The notes: generated by a model not told the origin, from the letters alone. A stretch of DNA of 64,000 nt from Hypanus sabinus (GCF_030144855.1 NC_082714.1:96038001-96102000); one strand, 5' to 3'. Shown: positions 49,564-62,519, numbered from the stretch's first letter. Made by a program: numbers and translations.

Positions 49564-50583
49564 ATCAATGTCCCGCTGTAACCTCTGACAGACCTCCACA
49601 CTATCCACAACACCTCCAACATTTGTGCCATCAGCAAATTTATTAACCCATCCCTCCACTTCCTCATCTAGGTCATTTATAAAAATCGTGAAGAGTGGAA
49701 GAGTGGGGGGTCCCAAAAAAGATCCCTGAGGCACTCCACTAGTCACCGACCTCCATGCAGAATATGATCCGTCTATAAGCACTCTTTGCCTTTTGTGGGC
49801 AAGCCAGTTCTGGATCCACAAAGCAATGCCCCTTGTACCCAATGCCTCTTACTTTCCCAATAAGCCTTTCATAGGGTACCTTATCAAATACCTTGCTGAA
49901 ATCCATGTACACTACATCTATTGCTCTACCTTCATCAATGTGTTTAGTCACATCCTCAAAAACATTCAATTGGGCTCGTAAGGCATGACCAGACTTTAAC
50001 AAGGCCATGCTGACTATTCCTAATCTTATTATGCCTCTCCAAATATTCATAAATCCTGCCTCTCAGGATCTACTCCATCAGCATGCTAGCCACTGAAGTA
50101 AGATTCGCTGGTTTATAATTTCCTGGGCTATCTTTACTCTCTTTCTTGAATAAGGGAACAACATCCGCAACCCTCCTATCCTCCAGATCCTCTTCCGTCC
50201 CCACTGATGATGCAAAGATCATCTCCAGAGGCTCAGCAATCTCCTCTCTCACCTCCCACAGTAGCCTGTGGTACATCTCGTCCGGTCCCGGCTCCAGCAC
50301 ATACTCTTTCTTGATATCTATATGCTGAAGCTTTTCAGTGTGTTGAAAGTCGTCTCTGCAATCACCCAGATCCTTTTACGTCGTGAATACGGAAGTAAAG
50401 TATTCATTAAGTACCTCTGCTATCTTCTCCAGTTCCATACACATTTTCCCACTGTCACACTTGATAGGTCCTATTCTTTCACGTCTTATCCTCTTGGCCT
50501 TCACATGCTTGTAGAATACCTTGGGGTTTTCCTTAATCCCGCCCGCCAAGGCCTTCTCGTGGTCCCTTCTGGCTCTCCGAGTT

Positions 50584-51225
50584 TCATAGAAACACAGAAA
50601 ACATGCAGCACAATACAGGCCCTTCGGCCCACAAAGCTGTGCCAAACGTGTCCTACCTTGGCTTTATCGAAAGCCCTCTATTTTGCTAAGCTCCATGTAG
50701 CCACCCAGGAGTCTTTTAGAAGACCCCTATCGTTTCCGCCTGCACCATGGTCGCTGGCAGCCTATTCCACGCACTCACCACTCTATGCGTAATAACTTAC
50801 CCCTCTGTATATCCCCTCTGTGCCTGCGTCCAAGCACCTTAAAACTATATCCTCTTGTGCTAGCCATTTCAGCCCTGCGGAAAAGCCACAAGATCAATGC
50901 TTCTTATTGTCTTGTACACCTCCATCAGATCACCTCTCATCCTCTGTCGCCCCAAGGAGAAAAGGCCGAGTTCACTCAACCTGTTCTCGTAAGGCATGCT
51001 CCCCAATCCAGGAAACTTCTTTGTAAATCTTCTCTGCAGCCTTACCATGTTTTCCACGTCGTTCCCGTACTGAGGTGACCAGAAACGAGCACAGTTCTGC
51101 AAGTCGGGTCTGACCAGGGTCATATAGAGCTGCAATATTACCTCTCTGCACTTAAACTCAATCCCACTATTGATGAAGGCCAATGCACCGTATGCTTTCT
51201 TAACCAGAGTCAACCTGCGTAGCAG
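50584..51225 (-). mobile_element. CR1 3' fragment
   Basis: LVKKAYGALAFIN..LVRPDL..RMRGDLMEVYK; tail at about 50584-50600. Confidence 0.85.
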
Positions 51226-51630
51226 CTTTGCTTACCGAAGTGGGCCGTAATGTCGATAAGAACAATTCGAGCATTCACACAATAAAGCAGAGAGAAGCCG
51301 AAATTCGTGGAAATGTTACCCCTATAACGGCAAAAATGGTCTCTCTGGTTCGTGCTAAAGTGCTTGCAAAGACTGAAAAAGCATTAAGTGTGTGGCTAGA
51401 GGACATGTCACAGAAGCATATCCCTGTTGATGACAAAAGTATGCGTGAAAAAGCACTTAAATTCTATGAGCGCTACTGTGAGGGGTTCCGGAGAGCGAGA
51501 GGAAGGAGTTTAAGGCTAGTAAGGGATGGTTGGCTAGCTGTGTAAAGGACTTAAAAATCACGGGAGAATCGACAAGGCAGATGTACCAAGTATCCTATTA
51601 TCGAGCCGATCGAGGTACAGGCTTGAAGTC
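51226..51630 (+). mobile_element. Tigger/pogo transposase fragment (CENP-B-type HTH)
   Basis: NNSSIHTIK..EKALSVWLEDMSQKHIPVD..MREKALKFY. Confidence 0.75.
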
Positions 51631-54606
51631 TCTCAGATAAAAAATTTTTGATCACAGATTATCAAAAGCTCACAGTGCTGTTCTAAGTGTTGAAAACAGA
51701 GCTAGTGAAGATGCTGTTGGAAAATCATGGAACACCATAAATGCTTTGCATCTAAAGACTACTTGTTCAATTTTTCGTTCTGCATATTATTTAGATCAGA
51801 ATGACAGATCACACTCTGATCACTTTGGATTGTTGGAACCTCAAAAAAAATGGTATTGATATTGAAATTGGAGTGCATTCCCGCATTAGTACTACATAGA
51901 TAATTATTCACATAGCTATTAATATGAAAATTAATATAATATAAAAAATAGTATTTTTGTTTATGATAGACTGCTTGAAGATAAACACAAATATAATTTC
52001 AGAGTATTTGTATCAGAGGATTTCAGAGGATTTGGAGAAACAACAAATTAACTTTTATTGAATATAATGTGTTTAATTGCATAATGGTGCTGACGCTTTG
52101 CAATAGTTCAACTAAGTTAAAAATATTTTGTTAATGATTTTCATTTGTACTCAGTGTCGCTTAAGTGTCCAACAATAATTCGCCAGCATTGATGGATTCC
52201 AGTTGCCCTGGTTTATTTGCTCCATGACCACAATGTCCTGGTGAAACCTTTCACCATGCTCGTCACTGACAGCACCAAGATTTGCAGGGAAGAAGTCTAA
52301 ATGGGAATGCAGAAATTGAATCTTTAGTGACATGTTGCATTTTATGGTTTTATATGCTTGAAGCATGCTTTCAACCAGCTGCCTGTAGTTTGGTGCTCTG
52401 TAGATGCCGAGAAAAATTTCAACAACTTCCTTGAATGCCTTCCATGTGATTTTCTCCGGTCCCACTAGAAATTCTTCAAATTGCCTGTCATTGATGACCT
52501 GGTTGATTTGTGGACCAACAAAAATGCTTTCCTTAATCTTGGCATCAGTTATTCTGGAAAGCATCCGTCTCCGATATAAAAATCCTTCATAAAAATTTTT
52601 GTTTCTGATGATAGTAAATACCATCCTCACAGTCCTGATCCCAATAATTATCGCTAAAACCTGTCCTGCCATGCAGCAGCCGCGCCGCTTAATCATGCCC
52701 AAGCATGCCTGGACAGGATAGGACACCTTCCAGCTTACATTGTAGACAACATTTATTTGAATTGAATTATGAAATGAAATAATAAACATAAGTGATATCA
52801 AAAAATGGTTGGTGATAGGGAAATTTCATGGTGATTTTCATTATCAGTAGCCCAAAATTCATCAGATACGCCAAAAGGTACTCAGGAAGCAAAATCTTTG
52901 TTGTCCCGTGTTTTCTGTTGTCATTGATAAATCAACAAGCCTGATCATTAAGACCGCCCTAATAGTTTATTTGAAATGTGAAAGTGATAAGGAAGATTAT
53001 CCCCATTTTATGTTTTTAATTGAACTGCCTGATCAGAAAGCTGCAGCTATTGCTGAGCATCTATTGAACTGTCTCAATAACCATGGGCTTGATGACTCTT
53101 ACTTGAAACAGAACCTTGCAGCATTTGGGCGAGCGTAATGCTTGGTGTCAAATCTGGTGTTGCTACAATTCTCAAGGAACATTACCCTGATGTGATAATT
53201 TGGCACTGTCTTAATCACAGATTAGGACTTGCAGTAGGTGAGTCGGTGAGAGAAGTTCATGAAATAAATCATTTCAATCATTTATGGACAAATTGCACTT
53301 TGCTTACAGTAGATCACCTCTAAATCAAAAGGAACTGTCTGAATGTGCCTCTCAACTAGAACAACAATTTTGCAAAATAGGCTGTGTTCTGGGCACCAGG
53401 TGGGTAGCTAGCTTGTTTTGAACAGTTTTAGCAGTGTGGCAAAATTATGAAGCACTGTGTTTTCATTTTGAAAAGGCAATGAAGGGTGAAACCAGATCTG
53501 GGAGTGACAGAAAAACCTGTGAAGGTCTGTTCAACAAACTCTCTGCAGAACAGTTTCTATTGGACTCAGCTCTAATGTATAACACGTTGCATGAACGTGG
53601 TTTCTGTCAGAGTGTTTACAGAAACGCACTAGTACGATTGTTTATGCAGACAACTGATCCAACAGAGCATAAGATCACTGCATGGACTGAAACAGTAACC
53701 TGGTACAAAAACTCCAGAAGCTCAAGAGGCAGTTGAAAAGGGGAAGTTTGGAGAAATGACCTTAACAAGCAGCAACAGCATTGTCTCCATTAATTATCTA
53801 CAGTTTCTTACTAGTCTTATAAACAATTTGCAGCACAGTATAATTCACGGCAATATCCTTGAAAGTTTCTCAAACTTCTAAACCTCAAAGTATCTGTAAA
53901 TCCCTGCTAAATGAAATGTGTGCCCTTGATAAAGATAACTGGCCTGCTGAAATACCGCCTCATTATGGAGAAACTGCAATAACATCTCTCTGTAAGAGGT
54001 TTAAGGTTTCTTCCTCCTCTGTAATAAATGCCTTCAGAAAATATGTAGAGGATCGTGGACGCCGCACCCCCAAGATTTGTGCCCATGACTGAGCTGTTCG
54101 CAAGTTATTCCTATTAGTACTACTGAGTGTGAGAGAGGATTCAGTCACATGAACTTGATAATAACAACAACATGCTCAAGAATTCTGATAAATCATGTAT
54201 CAGCACTTACATTTGTTAAACGACACGGACCTCCTCTAGTTCTGAGCAGTATGTCATATCATGGCTGCGGTACCACAGATCAGCACGTGACACCAGGACA
54301 AGAGTTGCTTCAGATCCCCGAACACATATTACGCCTGACCCTTTGTGGAAATTATTGTGAAACTTCTCGTTGGTGGCATTTGGTAAGTAGGTAACTACTT
54401 CTAAATTGGTAAAATACATGATTACCATCTTTTACTTTATTTCCTTGATAATTATACTTTATGATAATTAGTGAGTGCAGCCGTGCAATACTTTGTCATA
54501 TTATTAAATTAAGTATTATATGTTTTATTGTACTAGTTATACACTGAAATGCAGTGATAGGCTTGTTAATGTCTCAACTATCACTATATTTCTGTGGAGC
54601 TCCGGA
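51631..54606 (+). mobile_element. Decayed hAT transposon (KIAA1586-like transposase), interrupted at 51957-52910
   Basis: IFRSAYY..SDHF; FSVVIDKST; MLGVKSGVA..WHCLNHRL; GTRWVAS; C-terminal IPISTTECERGFSHMN at about 54108-54155. Right end approximate. Confidence 0.85.
51957..52910 (-). mobile_element. Internally deleted DNA transposon, probably Chapaev (CMC/Transib-related)
   Basis: Transposase C-terminus MSLKIQFLHSHLDFFPANLGAVSDEHGERFHQDI..YCW; minus-strand terminus CACGGGACAAC at 52910. Family name is from motif memory. Confidence 0.6.
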
Positions 54607-54645
54607 ATTCATATATTTCTTTCATCTTGGTTTAGTGCTTGACAT

Positions 54646-54789
54646 NNNNNNNNNNNNNNNNNNNNNNNNNNNNNNNNNNNNNNNNNNNNNNNNNNNNNNN
54701 NNNNNNNNNNNNNNNNNNNNNNNNNNNNNNNNNNNNNNNNNNNNNNNNNNNNNNNNNNNNNNNNNNNNNNNNNNNNNNNNNNNNNNNNN
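54646..54789. other. Assembly gap (144 N)
   Basis: Run of n. Confidence 1.
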
Positions 54790-54791
54790 TT

Positions 54792-54894
54792 TATATGTCA
54801 CACCCAATTTGTGTACCTGCTCATTACAGGAATGAGGCAAGGAAGTTGCCCAGTACATGAAATGAGTAGGTACACAATTTGGGTGTGACATATA
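54792..54894. repeat. 34-bp inverted repeat (2 mismatches) with 35-bp spacer
   Basis: TATATGTCACACCCAATTTGTGTACCTGCTCATT (54792-54825) and AATGAGTAGGTACACAATTTGGGTGTGACATATA (54861-54894). Confidence 0.9.
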
Positions 54895-54915
54895 TAGAGA
54901 GAGTGGATACAGGAA

Positions 54916-57300
54916 ATGGCAAGCATTTTGTCAGCTCCGGCACCTAAAAAATTAGCACTGCACCCCTGTCAATACCTTGGTTTCCGCTTGAAGGCTGGAG
55001 TTCGAGAGATAGGGCTGGACCGAATACAGGTCATCTTGGGAATATCACCGCCTAAGACGAAGAAGAAAGTCCTTTCCTTCCTCGGAATGCTCGGCTACTG
55101 CCGTCAGTGGATCCACGATTACTGTCTACATGATGCCGTCCTCTGCGCCGCAGCTGCTAAGAATGCACCCGGGCAGATGGAATGGACCACCGAGCGAAAC
55201 GACGCATTTCAAGCTCTCAAGACGGCGATGATGACAGCCCGAGCATTGGGCCTCCCCATTTATGCGCGCCCCTTTCAGTTACATGTCTGTGAGAAAGGAG
55301 GGTTCGCTACCAGAGTGCTTACACAGAACCATGGAGGAGGAAGGAGACTCGTTGCCTACTATTCTACAGCTCTCCCAGCGGTTGTGTTGGGAATGCTTGC
55401 TTGTCTCCACGCAGTAGAAGCAACGGCCATTATGGTCGAGAAATCCCTACCTCTAGTTCTCGATCATCCCTCACGCTGTTCTGCTCCTTTTAAATTCGGC
55501 CGCAACATAATATTTCACTGCCTCTCGACGTACAGGATACGAGGTAATCCTGGCATCACACCCTAACTATACTTACCGCCGATCACCTGCTGTAAACCCC
55601 GACACTTCTGTGCCAGAGCCAACCGAGGAGGCTGAACATGACTGCCTTGCAGTAGTACAACATTTCACTTCCCCACGAGTGGATTTACGAACAGACCCGC
55701 TTCCTAATCCGGATTTGATCCTCTTCACAGACGGGTCATCATATAGGCCGAGAGATGACTTACTCTTAGCAGGTTATACCATAGTTGATCTATACCAGAC
55801 AGTAGAAGCCTGTGCACTGACCCCAGGAACTGGCGCAGGCAGCCGAGCTTTTTGCACTCAACCGAGCTTGTATATTGGCCAGGAATCAGGTGGCCAAGAT
55901 ATATATACGGATTCTCGTTACGCCTTTGGGGTGGTGCATGATTTTAGCCAAATATGGGAAAATAGGGGTTTCATTACCTCAGTAGGAAAGTCCATAAAAC
56001 GTTCACGACTAGTATTGAATCTTCTCGAAGCTATTCAACTGCCTAAGCAGCTAGCAACTATCAAATGTAAGGCACACACCAATGCTGCAGGTGAAATTTC
56101 CCAGGGAAATGCCCGAGCGGACCAAGCTGCAAAGAAACTTGCTTTAACCCAACAGCCTATTTTACAAGGCCTTCGCGAATCGTACAGCACGCCTCTCCCT
56201 GCCTTACAGACCTCTGAGCACGGCAGAATTCTAGTCCTCAGGAAAAGCGGGCGTGGGAAAAGGTCCACTGTCACGATAAAGATGTTTTTTTGGTTCCACC
56301 CCGACGAGAGGGTGGTGGTCCTCGAAGCTTTTTTGTCTGTGCCGCCTGGCGAATGCACAGGCCCCCATAGGCATAGGAGGGATGCAGCATGCAATTGATC
56401 AGCAATGGTAGACACCCGGGATAACACCTACGTTACAGAAAATTGCCCGTGCGTGCATAACTTGCCAGAGAAATAATCAGGGCAAATCGACGGCGAAATT
56501 TGAATATGTCTAAAATGCCGCTTGAAAATGTGCAAATTGATTTCGTGCATATGCCGCCAGCGTCGGGGTATAAACACATGCTAGTGATAGCTGACGTGAA
56601 CACTCGATGGCTGGAGGCCTATCCCACACGAAAGGATGATGCTCGAATAGTGGTAAAAATTTTATGGAGGGAAATAATACCCCGGTATGGGATACCCATG
56701 GGAATAAACAGTGATACGGGAACACACTTCATGGGTCGAATCGTGAAAGATCTGGTGCAGGCCATGGGCTTCCAATGGAAATAACATGTCCCTTATCAGT
56801 CTCAGTCTTCAGGGATAGTAGAAAGGGCGAATGGGGAATTGAGAGTAGCCCTGTCTAAAGTATGCCAAGGCAATAAGCTATCCTGGCCGGAGGCTTTCCC
56901 TAAAGAGTTATATTCTATGCGGAACAGGAAAAATAGGGCCGCTGCTCTGACCCCTCATTAAATCCTTAGGGGGCGCCCCATGACTACTGGGATTCGACCC
57001 CCCTGTCGCCACTGAGGGACTGGCTCTGATCTGGAATGATGAACAGACCCTAGCGAATGCCCAAGCATTGTGGAAAACGGCCGCTGAGCTGCATGAGAGA
57101 GTGAGACAGGCGCAGATCCCTGTGGAAAGCGAGAACATTCATCCTTTCCAAACCGGTGACAGGGTATATGTAAAGGAGCTAAAGGCGGACTCTCTTTCTA
57201 GGTGGAAGGGTCCTTGCACAGTGCTGCTAACAGCCCGAACTGCGGTGAAGGTTGAAGGAAAAGGAGAATAGATTCACGCTACTAGGTGCAAACGGCACCA
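54916..57300 (+). pseudogene. pol: ERV pol (RT C-terminus, RNase H, integrase)
   Basis: YLGF..FLGMLGYCRQWI; FTDGSS..IYTDSRYAFG..KAH..GNARAD; QIDF..SDTGTHF; WKGPCTVLL. Multiple stops and frameshifts. Confidence 0.92.
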
Positions 57301-57321
57301 GGAGTTGGAAGACAAGAAAGC

Positions 57322-60300
57322 ATGGAGCTGAGAAGCCAGATGCTTTTATGGGGACTGATGCTGGGGGAGCTGGTGTGGCCTTGTCCGAAAGTATCATTTT
57401 GTCTTTGTGTCACACTTATGCCTAACAACAAAGTGAAGAGTTGGACTCTTGTTGGGTGTGTGTAAAGATATCTCAGCATGCCGCCCAGGAAATGTCCCTG
57501 GAGGCGGCCCCACTGAATGGAAGCGAAATGCTCTCCACGTACTTTATGAAACAAGACAATAAATTTTCAAACAATCTTACAACGAGAGATGGGCTGAAGA
57601 TGATAAAGGACTGTAACATCAGCAAAGGGGATTGTGGATGTACCTATTTCACAGGATGGTACTTCCGTACCCCGACGGAGGGTAAAAGAATGCCCTCCTT
57701 TGAGTTAGCATACACAGAAAACTGTAAATGGAATTTGTTATTGTAATACGGCGGGGGGGGGGGGGAAATAAGACATGCTGGGTAAAAGCTCTTGTACCGA
57801 ACAGAGGGTGGGACCTCCTCCGCATACTCCTAATGGAACTTACTGAGTATGTGGGGAAAGAGCTTATCCAAGGCTTCCAGGGCTACCAGGCGAAAATGGG
57901 AATGTGCCCTCAGAAAATTGGACAGGTTGCTGTTATAGACAATAGACAATAGACAATAGGTGCAGAAGTAGACCATTCGGCCCCTCGAGTCTGCACCGCC
58001 ATTCTGAGATCATGGCTGATCATTCACTATCAATACCCAGTCCCTGCCTTGTCCCCATATCCCTTGATTCCCCTATCCATCAGATATCTATCTAGCTCCT
58101 TCTTGAAAGCATCCAGAGAATTGGCCTCCACCGTCTTCCGAGGCAGTGCATTCCACAGCTCCACAAATCTCTGGGAGAAGAAGTTTTTCCTCAACTCTGT
58201 TTTAAATAACTGACCTCTTATTCTCAATCCATGCCCTCTGGTACTGGACTCTCCCAACATCTGGACATATTTCCTGCCTCAATCCTATCAAATCCTTTAA
58301 TTATCTTAAACGTTTCAATCAGATCCCCTCTCAATCTCCTCAATTCCAGTGTGTACAAGCCCAATCTCTCCAATCTCTCTGCGTAAGACAGCCCTGCCAT
58401 CCCAGTAATCAACCTAGTGAATCTACGCTGCACTTCCTCAATTGCCAGAATGTCCTTCCTTAAACCTGGAGACCAAAAGTGTACACAATATTCCAGGTGT
58501 GGTCTCACCAGGGCCCTGTACAAAAGGACATCCTTGCTCTTGTACTCAGTTCCCCTTGTAATAAAGGCCAACATTCCATTTGCCCTCTTCACTGCCTGTT
58601 GCACTTGCTCATTCACCTTCATTGACTGATGAACTAGGACTCCTAGGTCTCTTTGCATTTCTCCCTTACCTAAATCTACACCGTTCAGACAATACTCTGC
58701 CCTCTTGTTCCTGCTTCCAAAGTGGATAACTTCACATTTATTCACATTGAATGACATCTGCCAAGTATCTGCCCACTCACCCAGCCTATCCAAGTCTCCC
58801 TGTATTCTCCTAACGTCCTCTTCGCATGTCACACTGCCACCCAGTTTAGTATCGTCAGCAAACTTGCTGATATAGTTTTCAATGCCCTCATCTAAATCGT
58901 TGACATAAATCGTAAAGAGCTGTGGTCCCAATACAGAGCCCTGTGGTACCCCACTAGTCACCTCCAGCCAGTCCGAGAAACACCCATTCACTGCTACCCT
59001 TTGCTTTCTATCTGCCAACCAGTTTTCTATCCATGTTGAAACCCTGCCCCCAATGCCATGAGCTCTGATTTTACTCACCAATCTCCTATGTGGCATCTTA
59101 TCGAATGCCTTCTGAAAATCTAGGTACACTACATCCACTGGCTTACCCTCGTCTAACATCCTTGTTACACCCTCAAAAAACTCCAACAGATTAGTCAAGC
59201 ATGATTTGCCCTTGGTAAATCCATGCTGGCTCGGCCTAATCCTATTACTGCCATCAAGATATGCCACTATTTCGTCCTTAATAATGGACTCAAGCATCTT
59301 CCCCACGACTGACGTTAGGCGATAGTTCTCCGTTTTCTCCTTGCCTCCCTTCTTGAAAAGTGGGATGACATTAGCCACTCTCCAATCTTCAGGAACTGAT
59401 CCTGAATCTAAGGAACATTGGAAAATGATTACCAATGCATCCGCAATTTCCTGAGCCACCTCTTTTAGAACCCTCGGATGCAGACCATCTGGACCCGGGG
59501 ATTTATTAGCCTTCAGTCCTATCAGTCTACTCATCATAGTTTCTTTCCTAATGTCAATCTGTTTCAATTCCTCTGATACCTTATGACCCTGGCCCATCCA
59601 TACATCTGGGAGATTGCTTGTGTCCTCCCTGGTGAAGACAGATCTAAAGTACGCATTAAATTCTGTTGCCATTTCCCTGTTTCCCATAACAATTTCTCCC
59701 AAATCATTCTTCAAAGGGGCAACATTGTTCTTAACTATCTTCTTTCTCTTCACATAGCTAAAAAAAGCTTTTGCTATCCCCCTTTATATTCCTGGCTAGA
59801 CTGAGCTCATACCTGATTTTTTCTCTCCGTATTGCTTTTTTTTAGTTAAGATCTGCTGTTCCTTAAAACTTTCCCAATCATCTGTATTCCCACTCATCTT
59901 AGCCCTGTCATACTTCTTTTTCTTTAATGCTATACAATCTCTGACTTCCTTTGTCAACCACTGTGGCCCCTTCCCCCTCTTTGAATCCTTCCTTCTCATT
60001 GGAATGAACTGCTTTTGCATCCTTTGTATTATCGCCAAGAATATCTGCCACTGCTGATCCACTGTCTTTCCTGCCAGGGCATCCGCCCATTTAACTTTGG
60101 CCAGCTCTTCCCTCATGGCTCCGTAGTCTCCTCTATTTAATTGCAACACTGACACCTCTGATCTGCCCTTATCCCTCTCAAATTGTAGATAAAAACTTAT
60201 CATGTTATGATCACTACTTCCAAATGGCTCCTTTACTTCAAGATCACTTATCAATTCCTGTTCATTACACATCACCAAGTCCAAAATAGCCTCGTTACTG

Positions 60301-61620
60301 GTTGGCTCAAGCACAAGCTGTTCCAAAAATACATCCCTTAGACACTCCACAAACTCCCTATCCTGGGGTCCAGCACCTACCTGATTCTCCCAGTTCACCT
60401 GTATGTTGAAATCTCCCATAATGACTGCATTACCTTTAGCACATGCCAATGTTAACTCCCTAATCAACTTGTACCCAATATCCACGCTACTGTTTGGGGG
60501 CCTGTACACCACACCCATTAGGGTCTTTTTACCCTTACTGTTCCTCAGCTCAATCCACACAGACTCTACTTCCCCTGTTCCTAAGTCACCCCTTGCTAAG
60601 GACTGAATCTCATTCCTCACCAACAGGGCCACCCCACCCCCTCTTCCCGTATTTCTGTCTCTACGATAGCACGTATACCCTGGTACACTCAATTCCCAGG
60701 CCTGATCCCCTTGCAGCCATGTCTCCGTTATCCCAACAATATCGTAGTTCCCCATTTTCATCTGAGCTTCAAGCTCATCTGTCTTATTTCTGACACTACG
60801 CGCATTCAAGTATAGAATTCTTAGCCCATTCCTCCTCTCTTTGCTTAAAACACTGTCTGTTGTACCTAACCCAGCTCCTTGAACTTCCATCGGGCTAATT
60901 GCACCTTGAATTTTGATGACCTTCTCAAGATCACCCAAACCTTCTACACATGTAACCCCATGCTCCTTCTGACCAACCCTCTGTACATGTAACTTTTCCA
61001 ACACATGTTCTGTCTCACCTTTCTCCTTTACACAATTAATATTTGGGAAACGGGATTATTATTATCTGGCCGAAATAGTTCCCTCCATGCATCCTATAAA
61101 AGGTATATCCCCTTATTTAAGGCGAAGTAAGCGAGGGATAACGGGAAGTAGAAGGTTTTGGATGATAGCATTTCCCTCATATGGTGAGGAGCAAAATTCA
61201 CGAGAAATTATGAATATTGCAGCCTCTCTAGAGAAATTGGCCAATGACACTGCCGATGCCCTAAATGACGTGCAGACGCAAGTGAAAGACCGAACAACAG
61301 ATGTACCTGCCCTTAGAATGGTAGCCTTGCAAAATGGAGTGGCCCTGGACCTGCTCTTAACCGGAAAAGGAGGGACATGTGCCGTGGTAGGGCAGGAATG
61401 TTGTACCTTTGTCCCGATGCCTTAGAAAACATAACTGACCTTAGCCAACGCATTAGGGGAAAGGTTGAGGAAAGTAGGAAGATAGGGGAACAGTTTAAGA
61501 ATTTTGGTTCAGGAACAAAATGGTTGGAAATATAATGGTAATGATATGTGTTTTCGGGGGCTGTGTATGTGGAGCATTATGATTATGTTATTAACAGTTA
61601 ATGAAAAGAGCCTTACACTG
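57322..61620 (+). pseudogene. env: ERV env split by a CR1 insertion (57935-60983)
   Basis: Signal-like N-terminus, CWVC (CxxC), furin site RRSKR at 61120-61134, ISD LQNGVALDLLLTGKGG, CX6CC (CAVVGQECC). Confidence 0.9.
57935..60983 (-). mobile_element. Young 5'-truncated CR1, same family as 469-4515
   Basis: ORF2 in two long frames (402 aa and 509 aa); (CTATTGT)n tail; CTGT at 57930-57933 and 60981-60984 (TSD/microhomology). Confidence 0.95.
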
Positions 61621-61806
61621 ACCTGAAAATGTCCCCATGATACCCCAGGTGGTGAGGGAAACGCGGAGTAGGCGAACCTGGTGGGGAGAGAACGTACATC
61701 TTGGCAAATAAAGACCCTTTCGCGGAGGGATATGAACCTCCTATGAGGAAGAGGGGGAAATACCTCATGATGAGTGTTGATCTGAAAGGATCAACAAGGA
61801 GGGAAT

Positions 61807-62209
61807 TGTGGAAGAATTTAAGACTCTTTGGATATGTAGGAGTTGACCTAATCGCTTGAAAACTGTCCTGAGATTTATCTAAAGTCTTTGCAAGAAGGAG
61901 GTTGCGGCGCCGGTTGGAATGCGACCAAAAAGTTATGATTCAGATCTAAGTTCAAAGTCACGTAATTTTCCTGTTTGTTGCAATCTAGTTCTAAGTTCAA
62001 AGTCAAGCAATATTCTTGTTAAGTGCGTTTAATTACGTACGCTGTGTCTATTTAATGAAGCGTGTCTGGAAGCTAAGCAGAGCCTCTGAACACCGTACTT
62101 AGGTGCGGAGGCTCCCTGTGATATCATGTATAATAAAGTCCTTTAGTCTGAAACAATTCTCTGAGTCGGCCAGATTTTGTTCTTCTGCTGCTCCTGAGAT
62201 TTATCCGCA
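61807..62209 (+). mobile_element. ERV 3' LTR (403 bp)
   Basis: Starts TGTGGA right after the PPT, has AATAAA at about 62132-62137, and ends TCCGCA (imperfect IR) before CR1 sequence begins. Confidence 0.8.
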
Positions 62210-62460
62210 ATACTATTCCTCATCATATTATGCTTCTCCAAATGTTCATAAATCCTGCCCCTCAAGATCTTCTCACTGGCCCATAATTTCCTGGGCTATC
62301 CCTACTCCCTTTCTTGAATAAGGGAACCTCCAGAACCTCTCCCGTCCTCATTGATGCAAAGATCATTGCCAAAGGCTCAGCAATCTCCTTCCTCACTTCC
62401 CACAGTAGCCTGTGGTACGCATATCCCGTCCGGACCCGGTGACCTATCCAACGTGATGCT
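62210..62460 (-). mobile_element. CR1 RT fragment (ERV integration target)
   Basis: Matches 50020-50290 (CTATTCC..TTATGC..CTCCAAAT..CATAAATCCTGCC). Confidence 0.8.
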
Positions 62461-62519
62461 TTAATTGGTGGCTTTGTGACCGGTTTCTCAGTAGATACGA
62501 AGAGAGGTGGAGGGACACG

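Larger units (their letters stand above)
47353..50580 (-). mobile_element. CR1 fragment interrupted by a solo LTR and by a second CR1
   Basis: CR1 RT sequence is continuous across 48098-48951 and across about 49060-49563 (CATCCT|..|ATCAATGTCCCGCTG). Confidence 0.85.
54896..62209 (+). mobile_element. Class I (gamma/epsilon-like) endogenous retrovirus, 3' half: pol, env, PPT, 3' LTR
   Basis: RT thumb, RNase H, integrase, gamma-type env, polypurine tract AAGGAGGGAA at 61796-61805, then the LTR. Confidence 0.92.
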
